This document shows, piece after piece, positions 8,983 through 17,413 of a DNA stretch of 27,049 nucleotides; position 1 is the first letter of the stretch; every line of letters starts with the position of its first letter. Location of the stretch: assembly GCA_041736175.1 (NCBI GenBank), contig JBGSUI010000227.1, positions 1-27,049 on the forward strand. Direction: 5' to 3'. The notes under the pieces were generated by a model. That model saw only the letters and a list, made by a program, of their open reading frames with translations. It searched no databases and was not told where the DNA came from. Made by a program: the position numbers and the translations under genes. The DNA is from Oligoflexales bacterium (GTDB lineage Bacteria > Bdellovibrionota_B > Oligoflexia > Oligoflexales > CAIYRB01).

Positions 8983-10772
8983 CATTTACAGGACTCTTTT
9001 TTGGTATGGTCATATCCCCAACCTTGGTTTTCTACTGCTTTGCTCATATCACAGGTGGAACTGGTTGGACCTGCTTGTTGCTCTGAGGCCGCTGGTTGTG
9101 GCGTCGCTACCTCTGGCGTCCCGACGGAATTAGCAGAAGGCGTTGGTGCTGGAGTGGAAGAAATTGATAGACACTGAGGCGCTTGGATGACAACGTTGAA
9201 TTGATCTTTTTGAGAGTTTAGGTCGATCGTCTTATCAAATTTCAAATTTAGGAAATGGACTTCCATGTTAGCGTCAGTTTGCTGGGGATTCTCCCCAGAG
9301 TTTGGCTTGGGAACGCCAATTTTAAGCTCTGTTCCCTGGCAAGAGAGGTTTGCGGGCAGGGTGAAGCCCACTAATCCTGCACCACTTTGGGAGCCAGACA
9401 CGACAGCTTGGCCGGCTATTTTTTCTGATCCACAGTTTAAGTAGGCCGCACTCACGACCATCCCCATTGGAAACTTATCAAAAAAGAGTTGGAGTCGTTT
9501 AGTCGCGATAGGAGCCGGATTTTGGCTCGGTTGGCCTCCAACAGGACCGGTGGTAGGAGCGGCTTGGACGTTATCAAAAAATTGCCATGGGAGGCTAGAG
9601 TTGTCTATTTTAGATGGGTCTTGGTTGATTTTGATCACTACGGGGCTGGAGAAAGTAAGCCGCGCTATTTTTCGAGTGGCATCAACCACATTGCTGTTGG
9701 CTGCCAAATCGTATGCGTCGATGTGGCTACAGGTAAAAGTATCCCGTTGCAGTCCCGCTGCTTGATTTAAAACAAAAATAACCTCGCTTAAGCCGTCGAC
9801 AAATTCAACTTTTTTAACTGCTTTATAATCACCTTCATTACAAGTTAACACCCATCCGGTATTTGGAAAAGGAGTCTTAAGGACAGTCCAGTAAGCTCCT
9901 TCGGAGGAAAGTCTGGTAATCTTAGGTTGAGGGCTGGGATTATCGGAAGGACAAATCGGATACTCGGCTTTTTGGGGCACAGATTTGCCAGGGGCAAGAC
10001 GGCAACAAGACTCCATAGCATCTGAAACCCATGAATTTCCATCTTTGCGGCAGGTTTCTTCACGAGAGAACTTAGGTGATCCGCTATAGAGAGCCTTTAT
10101 GGTGGCGATATCTCCTACAGAAAGTGGGATAAGAAGTCCTAATTCTTTGCCAAAGTTTTGCTTGCAATAGTTCATAATCGAGTCTCGATCATAGGCACCC
10201 TGTGGCAGAGCACCGTAAGCATCCTCGCCAAGGCCACCATTTTGATCTCTTGCGCAAGGACTGTCTAGCCGATTGGCTTCGTGTCTTAATCCAACTCCAT
10301 GGCCGAATTCATGAAGAGCACTCAAAAGCGCATCATTGGGTTCATAATCCATAACCACTGTGACACCATCAGAGATACCGTCAAGTCTGCGACCAAAAGC
10401 TTTAACTATCCCACTATCCGTGTCCTCCGGCTGCTTTTTTCTTTGCTTAACGCGCATGCCTCTGGAATTGGTGTCACAGGTTTGCCATCCATAAAGAGTA
10501 AATCCAGCTCGTGCCATTTGAGATGTGACATATTCAGCCATCGCAGTTCGCATAGGAGCAAATTGGTCCCAGTCTACTTGAGGGATGTTTTTCTCCCAGC
10601 AGACTGATGCTGTGGCATTTGGCCATAGGTAATCGCTTCCTTCGGACACATTGCCTTGCAGATCACTGGTATCAGCCACCTCGGTTTTTTTAAGGCACCC
10701 CTGCCACACGAACATAGCCCATAGGGCTATGACAAATTTAATTCCTACAAGAGACCTTTTGTAGTTTTTCAT
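8982..10772 (-). CDS. Metzincin (astacin/matrixin-like) zinc metalloprotease lipoprotein, paralog 1
   Basis: Lipobox WQGC, zinc motif HEFGHGVGLRHE and Met-turn YDRDSIMNYC. One C-terminal CDMS...ENQGWGYDHT...SC module. Confidence 0.85.
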   Translation of the reverse strand: MKNYKRSLVGIKFVIALWAMFVWQGCLKKTEVADTSDLQGNVSEGSDYLWPNATASVCWEKNIPQVDWDQFAPMRTAMAEYVTSQMARAGFTLYGWQTCDTNSRGMRVKQRKKQPEDTDSGIVKAFGRRLDGISDGVTVVMDYEPNDALLSALHEFGHGVGLRHEANRLDSPCARDQNGGLGEDAYGALPQGAYDRDSIMNYCKQNFGKELGLLIPLSVGDIATIKALYSGSPKFSREETCRKDGNSWVSDAMESCCRLAPGKSVPQKAEYPICPSDNPSPQPKITRLSSEGAYWTVLKTPFPNTGWVLTCNEGDYKAVKKVEFVDGLSEVIFVLNQAAGLQRDTFTCSHIDAYDLAANSNVVDATRKIARLTFSSPVVIKINQDPSKIDNSSLPWQFFDNVQAAPTTGPVGGQPSQNPAPIATKRLQLFFDKFPMGMVVSAAYLNCGSEKIAGQAVVSGSQSGAGLVGFTLPANLSCQGTELKIGVPKPNSGENPQQTDANMEVHFLNLKFDKTIDLNSQKDQFNVVIQAPQCLSISSTPAPTPSANSVGTPEVATPQPAASEQQAGPTSSTCDMSKAVENQGWGYDHTKKESCK

Positions 10773-10942
10773 ACAAGTGCTTCTCCACTACGGGAAGTTG
10801 TGGTGCCAGTGATGGTCGTTTGGACGGTTTCACTGCAACTAGGAGCATCAGCATCCATAGTTGACGATTCATTCGTAGCCATTTCATGGTTGCAATAGCT
10901 GATGCTACCCATCATCACCAATAAAGTGAAAACTTTCATCAT
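10769..10942 (-). CDS. 57-aa Ser/Thr-rich secreted or lipid-anchored small protein, paralog 1
   Basis: RBS GAGGAG at 10953-10958, hydrophobic N-terminus ending ISYC, and ATGA overlap with the protease gene. The frame is conserved in the paralog at 15087-15260. Confidence 0.65.
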   Translation of the reverse strand: MMKVFTLLVMMGSISYCNHEMATNESSTMDADAPSCSETVQTTITGTTTSRSGEALV

Positions 10943-10992
10943 GGCTTTATGTCTCCTCAGAGATTGTAAAAACATTCGAATTTGGAAAGATT

Positions 10993-11020
10993 AATGATTT
11001 TACTTGCGAAAATCATTCCA
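10993..11020 (-). promoter_or_regulatory. Sigma-54 promoter with an overlapping palindrome
   Basis: Minus-strand TGGAATGATTTTCGCA (11005-11020) is GG-N10-GC. The palindrome AATGATTTT-N7-AAAATCATT spans 10993-11017. Both are identical in copy 2. Confidence 0.55.
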
Positions 11021-11121
11021 GCAGAATCTAAAACGATAGTTTAGTTATTTCGAATGTTTAATGTTTTACTCATTGTAAAGAGTTTAGTCGATAGAACCTT
11101 TCTGTCGAAACTTTGGTAAAG

Positions 11122-11135
11122 CCTCTTTAAACAAG
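11122..11135 (+). repeat. 14-bp direct repeat, right copy (CCTCTTTAAACAAG)
   Basis: Identical to 8931-8944. It lies where similarity to the paralog's upstream region ends. Confidence 0.7.
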
Positions 11136-11195
11136 TAAGTTTACCCCCGGATGAGCCAGGCACCCCTTAGTCTAGAGACCACGTGTTGATGCCTC

Positions 11196-11212
11196 GGGGG
11201 GGGGGGGGGGGG
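11196..11212 (+). repeat. G17 homopolymer (intergenic)
   Basis: 17 consecutive G residues. Confidence 0.9.
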
Positions 11213-11295
11213 TCAAAATCCAGTGTTTGGCTGGTGACAAGGGCAAGGAGCGGCAGAATCTCGTCTAACATGTGTTGGCTAAATGCAGGACATGG

Positions 11296-12576
11296 TTACT
11301 TGTCAGTGGCCCAGATATCTAACAACCGCTCCTTATGCATGGGTATTCCACCGTTCGATTCAAAAATTGTATCAGGAGGAGGGATATGGGTGTTAAAAAT
11401 GACCAAACCACCGGTCAACTTTTGGACATAATGTCGGTAACTTCGGTGACAGTTGAGATAATTTTGTGAAAATGGGGATTCTTTAAGTACCTTGAAAGTC
11501 CCGTCTTTTTGCCTTTCAACCGCAATAAATCCTTTAAGAGTAGACCCTACATAAAGATCTTCTAGGAGGGGCACTGCTGTTAAGTGTGGATGGTTCCCGC
11601 CTGGAAGGTACAAGGGGGGGAATTCAGAAAAGAAATTTTTGTGTTTATAGACCTTTAATTGCGGATTTATCATGATGTAATCATATACTAGATGATCAAA
11701 GCTATTTATTATTTTGCAATCAATATTTTGTTGCTTCATATCAAGCTGACAAACATTGATATTCTCACTCCATAGCCCCTCCACCAGGTATACTTGATCA
11801 TTTACAACTTTTATAAATGGCCTTTCAATACGGAGAGGGGGTAAACTAAAGCTTAACTTATTAGTTAATCTTTGGTCCTTAGTCGCTGGTGGGTTGCTAT
11901 AGCAGTCAATCGATGTACTTGGAGAGGGAAGTTCAATTAAGGAAATCGTACACAACTGATGACTCCAAATAAACATCGCTGATGCAAAATGTCCATTAGT
12001 GGTATCAAAGGTCAGATTTTCTTTTCCTGACTTAAAGTCCATGACTGTCAGGCGATCCATCGTCCCAAAGACAACTCGCCCATCACCTAACCCCACGGTA
12101 GGTCCATGGAAATTCGCAATTTCTGAACTAAAATCAGGAATTTTCAGAGTTTCAATCCTTTCCACGGCTCTAATATAGGCGTCGACATAGGACGTTTCAG
12201 TCAACCTAGGTCGCACATCTTCTGGTATCAGAAACTCTAGGTCTTTACTCATCGAAGCTCGTTCCATAGGGGAAAAATGTTTCAACAAAGTGATGCGCTT
12301 AGTCGGGGTTAAATCTTTGATGAAGTAACGAAAAATTGAGCAATTTACGCCCTTCGGCAGCTCGGATATTTGTGAACAAATGGATTCGGTTTCTTTGCCG
12401 AGATGACAGCGATCCAAAATACCCGCGACGACAGCATAAATACTCGTGCACCAGGCATCACCATTTGCTTTGGTCTCAGACTGTTTGATACGGGTGGGAC
12501 ATGCGGTTGAAAGGGAAGCCAATGCTAGGAATGAAAAAAAAATGGATATACTCTTAGTTGTAGAATATCTTGTCAA
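11296..12576 (-). CDS. Hypothetical lipoprotein, possibly beta-propeller-like in its C-terminal part
   Basis: 426-aa ORF with TTG start after AGAGG and a signal ending LSTAC. No family was recognised. Confidence 0.6.
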   Translation of the reverse strand: MTRYSTTKSISIFFSFLALASLSTACPTRIKQSETKANGDAWCTSIYAVVAGILDRCHLGKETESICSQISELPKGVNCSIFRYFIKDLTPTKRITLLKHFSPMERASMSKDLEFLIPEDVRPRLTETSYVDAYIRAVERIETLKIPDFSSEIANFHGPTVGLGDGRVVFGTMDRLTVMDFKSGKENLTFDTTNGHFASAMFIWSHQLCTISLIELPSPSTSIDCYSNPPATKDQRLTNKLSFSLPPLRIERPFIKVVNDQVYLVEGLWSENINVCQLDMKQQNIDCKIINSFDHLVYDYIMINPQLKVYKHKNFFSEFPPLYLPGGNHPHLTAVPLLEDLYVGSTLKGFIAVERQKDGTFKVLKESPFSQNYLNCHRSYRHYVQKLTGGLVIFNTHIPPPDTIFESNGGIPMHKERLLDIWATDK

Positions 12577-12647
12577 TTTTTTTAACCTCTGTGTTTAAGA
12601 CAGTCTTTTAATTTTTCTAGATGCACCAATATACGACAAACGTTGTT

Positions 12648-12663
12648 AGCAATATTTATGCCA
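12648..12663 (-). promoter_or_regulatory. Sigma-54 promoter
   Basis: Minus-strand TGGCATAAATATTGCT is near consensus TGGCAC-N5-TTGCW. Confidence 0.7.
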
Positions 12664-13128
12664 TATATTTATTTAAAAATCATGACCCTTAGCCTACAGG
12701 TCAATCAATCGCCTTTTTTGGGAATCAGTGGCTTGTAGAATGCTATTCCTATGATCCCAACCCAGATAAAAGTTGGCCTTTTAAGGTTGTTTGTCATCAA
12801 GATTGCTGGATATTCTGAATCTTTCTGCACTGATGACTCTCATCCAGCACAAAAGCCAACCCAAGGGCCCTTATCACGGATAAATAGTTAATTATTATTT
12901 GATGTTATCTAAAACAGCGCCGACGGATCCCAGGTTGACTTCTGGGGGGGAGCGCGGGATCGTCAAAGGGATATTGGAGGCATGGGACAAATCACGAAAG
13001 CACCGGCGGACCCAGAGGTGAGTCCAAATTTTTAGATCACGATTAGCTGGCCGACCGTGGGGTCGAAGCCCTTTTCCAGGAGCTTTCTTCGGCTTTATCT
13101 GGCTACGCCCCACCACGTCACACGATAA

Positions 13129-15090
13129 TCAATTTTGGATAGTGCACACTGAATTGGTGCATTTACACGACTTACCTATGGTGTGGTCATATCCATAGCC
13201 TTGGTTTTCTGCTGCTTGACTCAAATCACAATTGGAAGTGGTTTGGTCTGCTTGTTGCTCCGAAGCCGCTGGCTGTGGTGTCTCTGGTTTGGGAGTTGCT
13301 ACTGGTCCCTTGCACGACTCTTTTTTGGTGTGGTCATATCCCCATCCTTGGTTTTCTGCTGCTTGACTCATATCACAGCTGGAACTGATCAGAGCTGGCT
13401 GTGGCGCAGCTGACTGTGACGTCGGTGGCTGTGGCGCCGTATTGGTACTGGCTGAAGGCGTGGGTGCTGGAGTGGAAGAAATTGATAGACACTGAGGCGC
13501 TTTGATCACAACGGTAAATTGATCTTTTGAGTTTAGATCGATTGGCTTATCAAATTTTAAATTTAGGAATTGGGTTTCCAAGGAAGCGGCAGTTGGCTGG
13601 GGATTCTCACCCGAGTTTGGCTTGGGAACTCCAATTTTAAGCTCTGTTCCCTGGCAAGAGAGGTTTGCAGGCAGGGTAAAGATCACTGATCCTGCACCAT
13701 TTTTGGTGTTAGACACAACAGCCTGACCGGTTATTTTTTCCGACCCACAGTTTATGTAGGCCGCACTAACCACCATCCCCATTGGAAACATATCAAAAAG
13801 TAGTTGGAGTTGTTTGGTTGCGATCTGAGCTGGATTTTGACTGGGTTGGACTCCAACAGGACTGGTGGTAGGAGCGGCTTGAACGTTATCAAAATATTGC
13901 CATGGCAGACTGGAATTGTCTATTTTAGAGGGAGCTTGATTGATTTTGATCACTACGGGGCTAGGGAAAGTAAGCCGCGCCATTTTTCGAGTGGGATCAG
14001 CTCCCTTGCTGTCTGCTGCCACCATATCAAAAGCATCGATATGGCTACAGGTAAAAGTATCCCGTTGCAGCCCTGCTGCTTGATTTAAATCAAAAGTAAC
14101 CTCGCTTAAGTCTCCGACAGATTCAGGTTTTTTTCCTAGGAAATAATCATTTTCTTTACAGCTAAGCCTCCATCCGGTATTTTGGAAAGGAGTCTTAAGA
14201 ACAGTCCAGTAAGCTCCTTGGGATAAAAGTCTGGTAATCTTAGGTTCAGGAACAGTATTATCGGTAGTACAAATCGGATACTCCGCATGTGGGGGCTCTG
14301 ACTTGCCAGGGACAAGACGGCAACAAGATTGGTAAGCGTCTGCTACCCACGAATTTCCATCTTTGCGGCAGGTTTCTTCACGAGGAAACTGAGGCGGACC
14401 GCTATAAAGAGCCTTTATGGTGGCAATGTCTCCTTGGGAAAGTGGGACAAGAAGTCCGGTGGATTTGCCGGCGGACAACTTACAATAATTCATAATGGAG
14501 TCTGGATCATACGCACCCTGAGGCAAAGCACCGTAGTTCTCCTCACTAAGGCCACCATATTGATCTCTTGCGCAGGGACTGTCTGACCGATTAGCTTCGT
14601 GTCTTAATCCAATTGCATGACCGAACTCATGAAGGGCCGTCGAGGCTACAGCCGTGGACTCGTGATCCATAACCAACGACACACCACCAAGTTTACCGTC
14701 AACTTTTCGTCCTAAGGCTTTAACAATCCCAGTATTCCAGTCCGTTGGCTGTTTTTTTCTTTGCTCGACGCGCATACCCATCGAATTGATGTCGCAGGCT
14801 TGCCAACCATTTAGAGTAAAGCCAGCTCGTGCCATTTGGGAAGTGACATATTCTGCTATCTTGGTTCGCATAGGAGCAAATTGGTCCCAGTCTACCTGAG
14901 GGATGTTTTTCTCCCAGCAGACTGATGCTGTGGCATTTGGCCATAGGTAATCGCTTCCTTCTGAAACATTGCCTTGCAGATCACTGGAATCACCGACCTC
15001 GGTTTTTTTAAGGCACCCCTGCCATCCGTACATAGCCCATAGGGCAATGACAAGTTTAACTCCTCCAAGTGACTTTTTATAGTTTTTCAT
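13129..15090 (-). CDS. Metzincin zinc metalloprotease lipoprotein, paralog 2
   Basis: Lipobox WQGC, HEFGHAIGLRHE and YDPDSIMNYC. Aligns end to end with 8982-10772 and has two C-terminal modules. Confidence 0.85.
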   Translation of the reverse strand: MKNYKKSLGGVKLVIALWAMYGWQGCLKKTEVGDSSDLQGNVSEGSDYLWPNATASVCWEKNIPQVDWDQFAPMRTKIAEYVTSQMARAGFTLNGWQACDINSMGMRVEQRKKQPTDWNTGIVKALGRKVDGKLGGVSLVMDHESTAVASTALHEFGHAIGLRHEANRSDSPCARDQYGGLSEENYGALPQGAYDPDSIMNYCKLSAGKSTGLLVPLSQGDIATIKALYSGPPQFPREETCRKDGNSWVADAYQSCCRLVPGKSEPPHAEYPICTTDNTVPEPKITRLLSQGAYWTVLKTPFQNTGWRLSCKENDYFLGKKPESVGDLSEVTFDLNQAAGLQRDTFTCSHIDAFDMVAADSKGADPTRKMARLTFPSPVVIKINQAPSKIDNSSLPWQYFDNVQAAPTTSPVGVQPSQNPAQIATKQLQLLFDMFPMGMVVSAAYINCGSEKITGQAVVSNTKNGAGSVIFTLPANLSCQGTELKIGVPKPNSGENPQPTAASLETQFLNLKFDKPIDLNSKDQFTVVIKAPQCLSISSTPAPTPSASTNTAPQPPTSQSAAPQPALISSSCDMSQAAENQGWGYDHTKKESCKGPVATPKPETPQPAASEQQADQTTSNCDLSQAAENQGYGYDHTIGKSCKCTNSVCTIQN

Positions 15091-15260
15091 ACAAGTGCTT
15101 CCCCATTACGGGAAGTTGTGGTGCCAGTGATGGTCGTTTGGACGGTTTCACTGCAACTAGGAGAATCAGCATCCATAGTTGATGATTCATTCGTAGCCAT
15201 TTCATGGCTACAATAGCTGATGCAACCCATCATCACAAAAATAGTGAAAACTTTCACCAT
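15087..15260 (-). CDS. 57-aa small protein, paralog 2
   Basis: RBS GAGGAG at 15270-15275. Near-identical to 10769-10942, with the same ATGA overlap. Confidence 0.65.
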   Translation of the reverse strand: MVKVFTIFVMMGCISYCSHEMATNESSTMDADSPSCSETVQTTITGTTTSRNGEALV

Positions 15261-15310
15261 GGCTTTATTCTCCTCAGTTTTTGTAAAAAACATTCGAACT
15301 TGGAAGGATT

Positions 15311-15338
15311 AATGATTTTACTTGCGAAAATCATTCCA
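15311..15338 (-). promoter_or_regulatory. Sigma-54 promoter with palindrome, copy 2
   Basis: TGGAATGATTTTCGCA at 15323-15338 (minus) and AATGATTTT-N7-AAAATCATT at 15311-15335. Confidence 0.55.
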
Positions 15339-15462
15339 ACTAAATCTAAAATGATAGTTTAGTTATTTCGAATGTTTAATGTTTTACTCATTGTAAAGAG
15401 TTTAGTCGTTAGGAGCTATCTGTCGAAAGTCTAGTAATTTTTAAGGACCTGGTCCAAACGGC

Positions 15463-16251
15463 TTAAAGCGTCTCATGCACCAACAGACCCATCGTCCCTA
15501 AGTCTTGGCTTATAGCCTCAGTAAGGGTGACCCCAGGGCCCTGTCCTATCTGGGACAAAACAAAACCATAGAGGGGCTCGTCGACTTCGAAGACTCGAGG
15601 CAACTCTCCGGGAGAGGTCCGCGTCATAAGCACAAGGGTCGGGCGGCGTTCGGGGAGGTGGACAGGGGGGTGGACGGGATCCTCGGGGCCGAGTTCTCCT
15701 TGGGTTTCCATCCATCCTATGATGTCATGATCCAGAGATAGGAGCCGTAGGTGAGGTTGGACTAAACAAGAATCAGGTCTCAGTGGTGTCGAGACCACGA
15801 TATACTGGGAGAGTTCGATTTGAGCGCTAACAAATTTAAGCACGTCAAAGACTGATTCTGGTGCCACCTCTAAAAGCTGCTCTTTGGCCTGAGGGTCAGT
15901 CCCGAGGAAGTCGATAAACGCCCGTGTGGCGACCGCTGCGCAGGAAGCCAGATCGCCGGTGAGCTGGGTGTGGGTGGGTTCGAAAAGATCGACCCATATA
16001 TCGTAAAGCGTATCGTCGGGAATCATCCCAGAGAGGCCGTGGAGCTTTTCGAAGGTGGCCTTCCATCGCTGATCCCGTTGCTCGCGCCCGTATTTGTTAA
16101 ACTCCTCATCGACCGCCAACAATTCAAGGCTACGTTGATGGTCAAGGGATAGGGACCTAAAGCCCTCTAACATGGTGGGATCCCGCTCCGGAAGGGGACA
16201 CCTGAGCAAGAGAGCGACGGCCTTTTGAAATTCATAATGATCTAGAGACAT
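15463..16251 (-). CDS. Putative MNIO partner / precursor-recognition protein (DUF2063/HvfC-like)
   Basis: 262 aa, overlapping the DUF692 gene by 10 nt. The N-terminal L..YEFQKAVALLL resembles DUF2063-type partners. The call rests mainly on position and size. Confidence 0.6.
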   Translation of the reverse strand: MSLDHYEFQKAVALLLRCPLPERDPTMLEGFRSLSLDHQRSLELLAVDEEFNKYGREQRDQRWKATFEKLHGLSGMIPDDTLYDIWVDLFEPTHTQLTGDLASCAAVATRAFIDFLGTDPQAKEQLLEVAPESVFDVLKFVSAQIELSQYIVVSTPLRPDSCLVQPHLRLLSLDHDIIGWMETQGELGPEDPVHPPVHLPERRPTLVLMTRTSPGELPRVFEVDEPLYGFVLSQIGQGPGVTLTEAISQDLGTMGLLVHETL

Positions 16252-17123
16252 AGGCTGACCTCTGTCATGGGAAAGGAGTTTAGGGGGAGTCGCACTTCGC
16301 TACGCAGACTCTGGGCGATCTGAACCTCCCGCTTAAGGGCCGCAACCCCTGGGGGATCCTGGTCCCACTCGACGATGATCGCCTGGGGATCGGCGCGGCC
16401 TAGGACTTTGCGCAACAGCTCCCACACTTCCGGATGGGTCTCGCGGCTATGGGTATCGTAGAGTTTTCCCTCTTCCCATTCACCACCCGCGAGGTGGATA
16501 CCGTGGATCAGGGGGCTTTCGAGACGGTCTAGATAGGCGATAGGATCAAATTTAAAGTTGACGCTGTTAATATAGAGATTGGTCACATCTAACAGGATGC
16601 CACAGCCAGTCCTTTTGGCCATCTTGTTTAGAAAATCTGCTTCGTGGAGGGTGTTATGGGGTACTTGAAACCGGTGGGTGATGTTTTCGAACATCATCGG
16701 GATGTCACCCACATAGTCTCGAAGAAGATCGATATTGCGACAGAGGATATCGAGATTGTGGGGCGTGTAGGCCAGGGTCGTCAGCTGCCCGATATCAACC
16801 CCTCCGGCTCGGGTCATACAGACATGATCGCTTAAAAAAACACTGTTTACCTGGTCCATCACCCTCATAATGTTGTCAAGATGCCTTGGACGCAGGGGTT
16901 CGTCTGTCCCCAGGGAAAGCTCGACGCTGTGGACCAAGACCGGTACTCCTGAATCCCCTAGCCGCTTTAGGAGTTCGCTGCGTTTGCCGTGAAAAAAACC
17001 TTCTGGAATGATTTCGACGATCTCGGCATCTTCTAACGCCAGGCTTAAGTCAGGATCCTGATCAAACTCGTGGGGAAATTCAAAGCCAGCACCATAATAG
17101 GGACGATCTTGGGAGGGGTTCAC
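16242..17123 (-). CDS. DUF692-family multinuclear non-heme iron-dependent oxidative enzyme (MNIO)
   Basis: All family motifs are present: EIIPE, VHSVELSLG, SDH, FEN, EADFL, GCGILLDVTNLYIN, IHLAGG, DTHS and VEWD. GTG start with AAGGAG at 17130-17135. Confidence 0.93.
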   Translation of the reverse strand: MNPSQDRPYYGAGFEFPHEFDQDPDLSLALEDAEIVEIIPEGFFHGKRSELLKRLGDSGVPVLVHSVELSLGTDEPLRPRHLDNIMRVMDQVNSVFLSDHVCMTRAGGVDIGQLTTLAYTPHNLDILCRNIDLLRDYVGDIPMMFENITHRFQVPHNTLHEADFLNKMAKRTGCGILLDVTNLYINSVNFKFDPIAYLDRLESPLIHGIHLAGGEWEEGKLYDTHSRETHPEVWELLRKVLGRADPQAIIVEWDQDPPGVAALKREVQIAQSLRSEVRLPLNSFPMTEVSLCL

Positions 17124-17135
17124 GATGGACTCCTT

Positions 17136-17195
17136 AAAATAAAAAAAGATTGACCGAGGTGCCGCAACGATCGTGATCCCTGCGGCCCCTCGGTC
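17136..17195 (-). terminator. Intra-operon intrinsic terminator-like hairpin between the precursor and MNIO genes
   Basis: Minus-strand GACCGAGG-G-GCCGCA...TGCGGC-A-CCTCGGTC (17195-17152; 14 Watson-Crick pairs), followed by AATCTTTTTTTATTTT. Confidence 0.75.
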
Positions 17196-17203
17196 GGGGA
17201 TCC

Positions 17204-17413
17204 TTAGCCGTGGCGGCAGCTAGGGCGACCGCAGCTTGGACGGCGGCAGCTAGGCTGTCGGCAGCTGGGGCGACCGCAGCTTGGACGACGGCAGCTAGGC
17301 TGGCGGCAGCTTGGGCGTCCACAAGATGGGCGACGACACCCCCAACTTTCGGACGAGACCGTAGCAACAGCACTCGTAGCTTCAGCATTCCTTGGTTTCA
17401 TTTCGCGTACCAT
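17204..17413 (-). CDS. RiPP precursor peptide, 69 aa, Cys/Arg-rich (CxxPS)8-CRHG core
   Basis: AAAGGAG lies 7 nt before ATG 17413. Sequence: MVREMKPRNAEATSAVATVSSESWG-CRRPSCGRPSCRQPSCRRPSCGRPSCRQPSCRRPSCGRPSCRHG. Differences between the 45-bp units are synonymous in this frame up to the final His-Gly. It sits directly upstream of the MNIO gene. Confidence 0.88.
   Translation of the reverse strand: MVREMKPRNAEATSAVATVSSESWGCRRPSCGRPSCRQPSCRRPSCGRPSCRQPSCRRPSCGRPSCRHG
17207..17338 (-). repeat. Tandem 15-bp units arranged as about three 45-bp higher-order repeats
   Basis: Encodes (CRRPS CGRPS CRQPS) twice plus CRRPS CGRPS CRHG. Confidence 0.9.

Noticed and set aside
12895..13116. 73-aa minus-strand ORF
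   Set aside because: No RBS or motif; the region is better explained as hairpin-rich non-coding DNA.
17207..17338. Tandem repeats as a CRISPR array
   Set aside because: The units are contiguous coding repeats with no unique spacers, and no cas genes are present.
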